A DNA stretch of 64,000 bases, from positions 17,236,001 through 17,300,000 of the forward strand of contig OZ249446.1 of NCBI GenBank assembly GCA_965235115.1. The letters run 5' to 3'. The position numbers and the translations under genes are program-made. This DNA comes from Laetmonice hystrix (taxonomy: Eukaryota). The notes beneath the pieces are model-generated. The model saw nothing but the letters and a program-made list of their open reading frames with translations. It did not search any database and was not told the DNA's origin. Of the stretch, positions 35,883-45,603 are shown piece after piece (positions within the stretch are counted from its first letter, which is position 1; each line of letters begins with the position of its first letter).

Positions 35883-38823
35883 TCAGTTTCGCAGTTTCGC
35901 AGACAGTAGTCCAATCGCAGCAGCACCGACAACAGTCCCAAGCCAAATCTTCCAACTGCTACTGCGGACATCTTCAGTGTGTCTGAAGAATTCCAGAAAA
36001 TCATCCTGGAACAAAAAAGGAAAATTTCATATTATGATTACTTACTAACCAATAAATGGCACAAGATTTACCACTTTACAATTATTATTATTTTTTTACT
36101 AACAGCCGTCTGATCCCTCATTGGCCATGAATTGAATTTTTTAGTAGACAGACACTTAAAATTATTTTTTCAATTTTTACTAAACATTCATTACACTTAT
36201 ATTCGAAGACCATACTTATATACCAGTCAAAGTCAATTAGTAACAATTTCGACTGTCACGGGGGCATAGACTACAGTTAGCCATTAAGTGTAAAGTCCTA
36301 GAACCTGTGAAGATAATTTGCCTCGGTCAAATGTTGTTTTTTTCGTAACTTCACCTTTAACAAGCAAAGTATTAGACTATTACATAAATTTGAAAGTGTT
36401 CTCTTCGTCTCTGTTTAAAAATATAATACATGTACATGTAGTTGTTTTTAATAGTAAAAGTACAACCCTGACATGACAACATGATCTTGTATTCAGACCC
36501 AAGCGCCACATGTAAGGAACCCCTTGCTATCCGCCTTAATGGTCATGCATAGTGACTACCGGCGGTTTGTTACACAGCTGGGTCACTAAGTACTGTTGTT
36601 TGCTGTAGCCAGGATCACAGACAGCTACCAGTGGGGCAAACCACAGGAAATGTTTGCTTAACCTAATTCTCCAATTGTACAAAATCTGACAGTTCAGTGA
36701 CTATATTAAAGCAATATATTTCCTCACTTGTCCCCTCATCTGCCATTAATGCTGAATTAGAGGACTTATATAATACGCATTCCTGAATGATTCTATCACA
36801 GGGATGTTGACACAGCTAAGATGGAGCTTGAGTAGGCGTTACAGAAATAAACTGGTCTTGGCATAGGTTATAATACGGACCTTCCTGTTAAAATGAACTA
36901 TCTTATACACTGCCCAGGATATGAAAGTCTGACACAAAATGTCTACTGCTGTGTGAGACTGTGACCAATATTCTCATTCTATGTCACATCATTAACAAAT
37001 TTCAAACTGATGTATGACAAATGTCTTTAGTTTTTCCCCCCCAGGCTCAGTCCAATGTTTTGTTTAATGTGATCCAAGATGCCAACAGTTGTACTCATTC
37101 TTGCCATGATTCTTGCAAAGCTCTGTTCTAATAATAACATCTCACATCTGTCATTGAGGAGTCACATGAAGATCACAGTATAGGTTCGTGAAATTTGCAG
37201 TTTAAAAACACTTTTCCAAACTCTCGCCATGCCTCGTTGACCACAATTCCCAACCACATCTTCCAAGTTTCATCATGTCCCCAGCATTCCACAAAATTAT
37301 CCTAGAAAATAAAAAGAAAAAAAAAACTTGAAAAAGAAGGCAAATATAGGCGTAGGAATGCACATTCCACATTCCGGCTGCACCCAATTTTTTTTACCCT
37401 AGGAGGAGGTGATGATGACACCTGCATCTGGACACTAGGACAGCTACTTTTTACACTATGGCCAGGCTGGCCTGGCGCAGCATCTAACCGACCTGTTTCA
37501 GGATGTTACCACCAATCGAGAACCCTACTACAAAACCATTATAATATTATGAGATTTTATTATTCATAATATTATGAGATTTTATTATTCATAATTTTAA
37601 GTAAATCCTTTATCTGTCAAGAACTAGTTGTCATCTCAGGTGTCAGGACCCGTTTCACTAAGCTGGCGACATCATAAATGTCGTCTGGTGCGGCCAACGT
37701 TAAAGCAGTGGAGGACGTCGCCAGAACGGGTACCGTAACATTTTACCTTATATGGGCCGGCCATGTCGCCGGCTTAGTGAAACGGGGCCCAAGTATCCAC
37801 CATACTTACCCAGCCACCTTCACTCTCGATCCATTCTTTCAGCTCCTCTTCGATGTAGCTACCAAGGAAATCAGCAATATCCTTGGTCAATCCTTTCATT
37901 CCCTTCTTGGCGCTACCCTTTGCAAGCGACGCACAGAAAGCATACACTGCAACAACTCGCCCCCAGTTTGGTGGTGGATGAGCCTTCAAAACCTCATCCA
38001 AAATGTTTCGTAGCGTCATGAAGCCATTTATCTCCTCAACTTTAATGAAATTCAAACAACTCTCAAAAAATTCCATGTGGTTCTTAGTCACTTCTGTGAC
38101 CTTCAAGCGCATTGTTGCTTCATATTGTGAGCTGGGGGCAGGAGCATTTTCTTCACCCAAAGCAATATAGTTTACAATATCATGGGCAAGGGATCTGGCA
38201 ATAAATCCGCTGTTTTTATCAACCGATGTCTGTGGCACATTAGATGCTCTTGCACTATCGATATCGTCAATATTTCGGAACTGTTCAACCATTCGGACAA
38301 CATCACGTTCACTGAGCCCTGCTTTTTCCATCGCTTTTTGCAGGTGTTGAAATCGTCCCTCATCTTTGTCAACGACGACATTGGGTCCCGCCTTGTTCTG
38401 ATCTTCTTTCACTTTCTTCAGCTCGCCTTCATAATCCTTCAATACTTTGTGTTGCAGCCACAGTTGGTTTTGGAGAACTTCAAGTTTGGTCGAGTAATCC
38501 AGCTCGTCGTAGCCTTGAGGTTCCTCACTACTCTGGACATCAGGAACAGACTCAGGGTCAGTCTCACGGATTCGCTTTTCTAACCAATCGTAGTCCTCCA
38601 ACAGCGCCTTGCAAAACGACTCAAACGACTGTTTTTTCACCAATATTTTCATTAGTTTTCGCATGGCCTCTTGTTTCGTCAAGTGGATCAGAGTGACACT
38701 GTCCATTTCGTCATCAGTCACCATACCATCCTCGTACAGTTGGTCGATCACACACTTCACGTTCACAATCTGTATAATCTCTTTGCAGTTGCCCCGCAGC
38801 TTTTTTTTGGCTACCTCATCCAT
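35883..38823 (-). CDS. CARD + coiled-coil + Bcl-2-family fusion protein, membrane-anchored isoform (378 aa)
   Basis: Exon 38823-37810 (338 codons) encodes an Apaf-1-like CARD (MDEVAKKKL...VIDQLYEDGMVTDDE...LMKILVKKQSFESFCKALLEDYDWL), a coiled coil, BH4-like SLAHDIVNY, BH1 NWGRVVAVYAF and BH2 WIESEGGW. It ends at the family-typical phase-0 intron (TGG|GTAAGT). Last exon 36005-35883 encodes DDFLEFFRHTEDVRSSSWKIWLGTVVGAAAIGLLSAKLRN*, which completes BH2 and adds a tail anchor. A likely 5'UTR intron is at 38919-38837. Confidence 0.92.
37173..37301 (-). CDS. Paralogous alternative terminal exon of the CARD-Bcl-2 gene, without a hydrophobic anchor
   Basis: Polypyrimidine acceptor ending TTCTAG, phase 0, encoding DNFVECWGHDETWKMWLGIVVNEAWREFGKVFLNCKFHEPIL*. 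It shares D.F.E...H and WK.WLG.VV with the distal exon. ATTAAA lies about 100 nt downstream. Usage is unproven. Confidence 0.6.
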   Translation of the reverse strand, partial: DNFVECWGHDETWKMWLGIVVNEAWREFGKVFLNCKFHEPIL

Positions 38824-38947
38824 TTTCTTCAAAGGACTGCACACTTTATATTTAACTAAAGTGTAAACTATCGTCGATTTGTGCTGTGTAATGCTGTGGC
38901 ATTTGATTTCCGTGCTCACCTCCGTCCAACATTATCTTTCAGAATAC

Positions 38948-39070
38948 CACTTCCGTTTTGGCAGTCACCCTCGCTGGTCCCCTGTCCTAACAGACGCTCC
39001 GCGCGCCCTCTTGCGTCAATGATAACAAGTACTTAGGTATACTCACCAGGTGGCGCTTACGGAAATCCCA
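38948..39070 (-). promoter_or_regulatory. Motif cluster at the 5' end of the CARD-Bcl-2 gene (ETS, C/EBP-ATF, CTCF-like, kappaB-like)
   Basis: CACTTCCGTT at 38948-38957, TTGCGTCAAT at 39011-39020, TCACCAGGTGGCGCT at 39043-39057, and GGAAATCCC at 39061-39069. These are motif matches only. Confidence 0.4.
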
Positions 39071-39082
39071 GGGAGAATTTAA

Positions 39083-39899
39083 AGGGGCATATTAGGCCTA
39101 TGAGGAAACGTGAAAAATCGGTATTTCAAAGATCTTTTGCTGTTTTCATAAAGAGATCCTTCATTAATATTGCTTGGTAAACAAAGACAGACTTATCAGT
39201 TTAATTTTGTGTGAGAAATCGAAGTTTATAAAGCTCCCTTGCCCGCTTTTCTGCCGATTTCGTAAAATATTTTTTTGGGTGGCATTCTGATGGTGGACGA
39301 ACGAGTGCAACTGCTGAATTGTTTACAAATAAGCGAAGCACGTGACTAAGCACATGCAGAAAGTGCACACGCAGGATGTCACACAGTAGGCCTATGCAAT
39401 TACACGGGTTGATGGGAGGTTGTCTAGGGCCTATAGCATATTATGGCAGGAGATGTGCTATCGGGAGAAATCTATAGATAGGCCTATCAGGGTGGTGAAC
39501 TGACACCCCCGCAGTCGGCACTGTGAGCGCGCGTAGCGCACGAAGCCCTCGCAACCGGAGGGGGCCGGTGGGGGGGGGGGGGGCTGATCTGGCAAGATTT
39601 TGGGCCGCAACGCCTTCCTCTCTGAGGCATGATTTCTTCCCGTTCTGCAGTTGTCAAAGCTCGTCGGCCCTATAGCCACTTTTGGCATGGTAAAGCGAAC
39701 GTTCTTCTGAGGATTTCCATACTTTTATACAACAAAACTCGACATTTGATATGTAATGCAAAATTGCAGGACACGGTTGAATGTGCGACTTTATAGTAGG
39801 CCTACTCTATTGTTGCAATATTTTTGTCCCTGGAGTTAATGTTTGTAGGCCTATATGTAGGATCCGTTCGCTTTGGAATCTAGGCCTAGCCTATGTCCT
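39083..39899. mobile_element. Kolobok-like non-autonomous element with TTAA TSD
   Basis: TTAA|AGGGGCATA ... TATGTCCT|TTAA, with short imperfect TIRs and purine-purine termini. Confidence 0.55.
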
Positions 39900-41029
39900 T
39901 TAAATATTTTACGTAGAGAAAGTCTACACCTTTAATATCTAGGGTCGGAACAAACGGAAGAATGTCTGCATGATATCGTCGCCAAAGAGCATTTAATTCA
40001 TTATACTGGTCACATAGGCCTAGATAGGCTACACAATAGGCTATAGATCTAGCCTATAGAGAGGTCTAAGCCTAGATACAAAGAACCGTTCACTTATTTC
40101 TTAATCTTTAGGCTATATCATGCCATCACATTAAGAATCATTCCTCATTTTGTCCCCAAGTTTGAATACCACCGGTAAACCAATAATTGCTATAATAACA
40201 TTACCGTTTTATAGTAGGCCTAATAGGCCCAGGCCTAGACTCTATAGGCACTATTAGGGTCCAACAAACCACATAGCGTAGCCCACCCAAGATATAGCAT
40301 AACCGATCAGACAATCAGGAGATGATTAGCCTATATAGACCACGATATGCAGTGTGTTCTTTATATAGGAATGACAGGCAACCCTTATGCTATCATTAAT
40401 ATTGTTAATAGCCTAGCCTATTTGCCCAACAAGTTTCAAACTCAAGCCTGATGTCTGAATCTCCGTGCACGGTAGACGTACGTCGGACCCGCGGAACAAG
40501 GCAGCCCGTAAAATATCCTCCGAGAAAATGTTGTGGCAGGTCAAACTGAAACATAAAGAAAAACGTTTATTTTTCGTTACTTTTTCCTCCAAGGAGACTG
40601 CATGGGGATACAGCATGCAGATGGCGCCGGGGCGGATCCAGGATTTTCGCTTGGGGGGGGGGGGGGGGGGGGGCTAGTCGGAAGTCGGAAAGGGGTTAGC
40701 CTATATTTGGCAAAGCTATGAAAGTGCACATATATATAGGCCCCTAGGACATGGGTGTTACCCTGAAGCTGAAATCTGTGAAGTAGGGCCTACTAAAATA
40801 AATTGAAAATAATTAAAAGAAAAGAACAAATTAACTGAAATGATTACACGAAATCAATTTTGTCCCAAATTTAGGGGGGGGGCTTGCCCCCTAGATCCGC
40901 CTTTGGATGGAATACATGATGGTTCGTGAAATTATCCATCGACAGTGTACATAGAATGTTAATAGGGCATAATCGAATGGTGAAATACACCAACGATCAG
41001 TTATACATATATAAATAACGTCATAATAA

Positions 41030-44000
41030 TTAAGCTATGCTACGCAGGACATAGAAATCTGGTATCGTGATTGCACTTTCTGAAGGAGAACACCATAGTA
41101 GGTTAAGTATAGGCCTATATAGTTACAGAGAACTTACCAGTACAGCAGACACCAGCATCAACCTGGGTCCTGTTGCAAGTTGTTGGTTCAAACAGACTGC
41201 AAAATATGGCATTATCTACACAAAATCCCAGAGGTGTCGTGTTGGGCGGACAACTCACTGAAAAATAAGGCAACATAATAAAAAATAAAACCTTCTAGAA
41301 AAACATCAATGCGCTTATAATAATTCGCCAAACATCTTGCCTTCTGCCTGTAGAATATGTCGCACTGGCATAATGTTAACCGTCTTACTCTATATAGGCT
41401 ACACACGAGTTTCACACGACCTACGAAGCGTGCACGAATTTTTCGTCGGTCGGGTGAAACTTTCACACGACTGACCGACACAAGTTTCAACCGATTTTCT
41501 GTTTTTCAATATGCAGAGCGGTTTTCACACGACCGATTTTTTTTATTGTGAATTTGTCATGCAGTTAAATCGGTCGTGTGAGCATATAGACTGCATTATA
41601 GGACCGATTTTGCCACACGATTTTTTAAAATATTTTGAATTTGGCGCTAGATGAAGAGATTCACGATAAAGCATCCCTAGCTTCGTATTGTCACATGACA
41701 ACAAAAGAACCGTACCGCATAACTCGGTTTTGCAATGGAAGACGATTTAACGGGCATTTTTTGCGGCCATGGCGGCTAGTGCCGCTGTTGCCATATTGTG
41801 TATACATGTATGCAGTCTCCACCGGTTCCTGGTCTGACCAAAGCCCTCTATATACTGGCTTTGGTCTGCCTCGGCGTAAGAAGAGGCGAGTATGCGCTTT
41901 TGGCTCCGAGATCGGTATACAAACTACATCAGGAACTCATGCACAGTGCAGGGCCGTCGGAACGTATTTGGAAGTGGGGGGGGGGGGGGGGGGCAAGCCT
42001 GGGCAGGGGCGCCGCTGCCTATTTCAAAGTGTGGGGGGGCAATCTGTGTTTGACCTTTTCCCCCGAGATTTATGTACCATAAGAATTGCAAAATAACAGT
42101 GTATTCACACCCCCCCCCCCAAGGGGCGGACCCAGGATTTTCTTTGCGGGGGGGGGGGGGGGGGGGGGGTGTCAGAAGGTATGCCTTTAGTGCTCTTTCC
42201 ATAGCCAGTGGGCAATAATGCGATAGAATCATGTTCATTATACAAGTAGTCCTACCATGTGTCGTTTTGTTGTCGTTCATGGGCGCGGCCATATTGCTTC
42301 TTATAATTTGATAAATTTCCATATCACGCGCCGATTTAGGTAAATTAAGTGATTCATTCTTCTTCTTCTTCAAACGTTCCCCTTCATACCAGAAATTTAT
42401 ATTTGCACATACGATGCCAAGGAGCAGGTTTTAATAATACACTACTTCCTGGCTCGATGGGATATGACGGTTCACTCAGTGCCTCGCTACACAGCTCCAT
42501 TTTGCCGTGTATCTTGTTGCCAACATGGCCACTAACTCACCCGAGGGTATATTCGAATAGCAGGAAGTAACGTCACTTATCACTTCAATTCAGTTTCCTT
42601 AAAGATTTAAATGTATATCTAATTTGAGTTGAAACAGTTCAAACTACTTTGCTGGACTATTTTTTTACTTCTTCACTGCATTTCTATCTCTTGGGTACGG
42701 CCTTTCGCCTGCGTATGCAGTTACGATTGCACCAGTGCATTGTGGGAAGTCGATTTGATTCCCACAGTACCTAACCAGCAGGGTCGTCGTCTCCAGAGTA
42801 GGCCCTACCAGCATGCGCAGTTTGAACTCGGTTGGTGCTGTTGTGATCCGTCTACGATCACCGCGTCGATATTAGCCAATCAGAGAGTAGCAGCGCGACT
42901 CATTAGCAAGTGATCGGCTGCTTGCCGGGGCGAGGTCGCAGCATGCAGCGATTCTCATCGATTGTCATGTGCGATCGCTAGGAACCTGAGTGGGAGCTCA
43001 CGATTTGCAACCGATAGTCTCTGGCGGGCATTACGCACTATAAAGTGCTGAACCCACCAAGGCGATTCCCCTTGCGACGCCCATGCGATTTTGACATTAC
43101 ACTTTTATTTTACTGTAATTTTGAGATTAAAGGATGGAACCCATTTCCTGAAACGGAGAAGGCCAGCCAGGAAAAAATTTAGAGTGAAATTCCACCATTA
43201 AATCAAAAACCGCATGGCCGTCGCAAGGGGAATCGCCTTGGTGGGTTCAGCACCTTATAATACATGTATGTATACTCACCTGGGCAGCAGATGCCCGTAG
43301 AAATCGGGACTGTGTCGCAGCCTGTACCATCAGCACAATCTGTATTGTTGACACACGGTCCCATGGTGGCAGGGGGTAGACCGGTCCTACAGACGATTGG
43401 CGTGGTGGTGGTGGTCGGCGTGGTGGTGGTGGTGGTCGGCGTGGTGGTGGTGGTGGTCGGCGTGGTGGTGGTGGTGGTCGGCGTGGTGGTGGTGGGGGTC
43501 GGCGTGGTGGTGGTGGTGGTCGGCGTGGTGGTGGTGGTGGTCGGCGTGGTGGTGGTGGTGGTCGGCATGGTGGTGGTGGTGGTGTTGGTCGGCGTGGTGG
43601 TGGTGGTGGTCTTTCCTGGAATTTACAAACGGACAGCACTAAGACTATAGATTAGTAAGACTATAAAAGTAGTCTTAAAGCAGTCTTGAGTCGCAAGTCG
43701 AAGTCGCGAGAAAATGAACGGACGGCAAACATGCAGCAACACATGACACACACAAGCGGCGAAACCAAAACGTCCATTCGTCGCAATAAATTTTCTTCGC
43801 CAAACCCCCGAAATAATTTGTTTGCTGGACTCTGAATTCGTTTTGCAGCCCTGTTAAATGATTTGCAGTGGTTCTAGAGCGGCTGGGTGTAATGTCTGCA
43901 AAAAAATCAGGTCTGTGGCTATTGGGAGAGCAGTGCAAGGGACACCCTGTCGTGACCCCCTGAAATACCGCATTTACGCCTTTTTAGGATATATGTCGAT

Positions 44001-45311
44001 GATGACATGATAAAAAAGTAAATGTGCCTGGTACATGGGTTAACCGGGTTCCTACTGCATATTGCACTCAAAAACGAATTCATAGTCCAGCAAACAAATT
44101 ATTTCGGGGGTTTGGTGGAGAAAATTTATTGCGACGAATGGACGTTTTGGTTTCGCCGCTTGTGTGTGTCATGTGTTGGCGCATGTTTTCCGTCCGTTCA
44201 TCGAATCAGGTAACCGGGTGCGTCAAACGCACTCCGATTACCGCACTGTGTCACCGGCTATACACTCCTTCTCAGACCAAATTCAATTGTGTCTACAAGT
44301 CGCACGCTTGAAAGGTACAATTCACTCTGGTAAAGCGGATTTCTTCTGAGGCAAAATCTAGTTTTGTGCATGAAATATGTAGGCCTACACCCTCCCCCGT
44401 TTAAAGTTATGTTATGTTTTAATGGTGTAACTTTTCTAATGGCCTATTTTTGTCCTCGTTATTCTCAGCAGGGTAGATGTATAGATATTCCATTCGCCAG
44501 TACCCGCTCTCGTGCTACATGCCTCATCTTTGCCTCTAGCGTCTAAGGGCATGCAGCCCTCGGGCAATCCCTCCGGCATGAAACATCCTCTAATTAGTGC
44601 ACTTTTGCAATTGATATTGCAGTCCGCTTCGCGTCAGAATTTTGATAATGTGGCTATTAAGAAAGCATTTTGCAGGGTGTAATATCTACCAAACTTACAA
44701 CTGCAACAGACTTAATTGTAAATTTTACATTTGGACGGTTGACATACCTCCGATGGGCAAACCTTCTTTTAAACGTGATTATATGAAGCAACATAGAAAG
44801 TAAAATGAATAAAACCATTACCTTTTTTACATACATGTTCACATAGTTTCTTGTGGGTGAATTTGTTGTAATTTCCACCGCAGCCACTGTACCAGAATGG
44901 CTCACAACTTCCCAATTGGACGTCATAGTAATATCTGACTTGATATTCGTAACTGTGCCCGTAACATCGTCCTCGTTTAGGGATGAGAAAACATGTGTGT
45001 TCAAGATCTGGAATAATATCACGACGTAATCTAACTTGTGTGTTCAGCTTTGATGTTCAGCTTAAAATTAAAACGTTATAGAAAAATACAGTGCCCAAAA
45101 TTAGTAAGTCTCGATAGAGATACGACACTGAGTGACTGTTGTAGTGTTAGTACTTACCGCTGTGATGCCCGTACTCTGACTGCTGATGATGACTGACGTA
45201 CCGGTCCCCGTACCTGCCGCCACCATACCTTCCCGAAACTAGAGTCCCCTGTTGTAGTAGTAGTACAGCTACCAGGATGCCACTTAGGCATATTGTCGAT
45301 ACGAGTGTCAT
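41030..45311 (-). CDS. Secreted multidomain protein: signal peptide, Gly/Tyr/His peptide, Kunitz domain, Thr-rich mucin linker, two lustrin-type Cys-rich domains (about 281 aa)
   Basis: Phase-1 modular exons: 45311-45158 (MTLVSTICLSGILVAVLLLQQGTLVSG|RYGGGRYGDRYVSHHQQSEYGHHS); 45007-44822 (Kunitz CFLIPKRGRCYG...CEPFWYSGCGGNYNKF...CEHVC); 43615-43280 (T6P-type repeats plus VCRTGLPPATMGPCVNNTDCADGTGCDTVPISTGICCP); 41257-41138 (CPPNTTPLGFCVDNAIFCSLFEPTTCNRTQVDAGVCC). A tentative last exon, 41079-41030, follows a 58-nt intron and is low confidence. An upstream acceptor at 45357 implies a non-coding first exon. Confidence 0.85.
43041..43257. mobile_element. MITE with about 55-bp TIRs and TA (or TATA) TSD; related ends at about 61366-61450 and 63290-63330
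   Basis: TAAAGTGCTGAACCCACCAAGGCGATTCCCCTTGCGACG...CATGCGATTTT is mirrored at 43200-43257. It lies about 20 nt from a splice donor. Confidence 0.85.
43714..44201. repeat. Long inverted repeat (about 130-bp arms, about 225-bp spacer) in an intron of the Kunitz gene
   Basis: Arm 43714-43844 is the near-perfect reverse complement of 44071-44201. Confidence 0.9.
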
Positions 45312-45603
45312 GTTGACCACACAAACAAACTGTCTTTGAGGAGGGTAAAAAGTTTATCTGGAAACAAGCAAAATAAGTTGACCGAGCAATACTCACATTA
45401 CGTGTAAATGGGCGATTTTCATGAAACGGGGACACATGGGCAAAAAAAATGGGCAAAAACATTAAAGAGAACATTAATTTCATGTCTTCTGCAGATTTAT
45501 ATATATAGGGTAACCTATATGCTGGGGGTGTCGGGGGGTTTTAACATCAAAATTTGTCTCTCATGTGACAGTTTTTCTTGTCGTGTCGTAGGAAATCGTA
45601 ATG

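Noticed and set aside
38824-38919. N-terminal extension MSTEIK... of the CARD-Bcl-2 ORF, and the C-terminal VSMVDTWAPFH
   Set aside because: The GTG start is a splice donor (GAG|GTGAGC) of a 5'UTR intron. The C-terminal residues are read-through into the conserved post-GGW intron.
41380-41940. CACACGA-repeat element and RRKKRRV-like segment suggesting a Harbinger remnant
   Set aside because: No matching TIR pair or TSD could be defined, and the protein similarity is marginal.
43247-43650. Poly-Pro/Arg, poly-Val and poly-Trp ORFs
   Set aside because: These are alternative frames of the Thr-rich coding repeat. Splice phases select the Thr/Cys frame.
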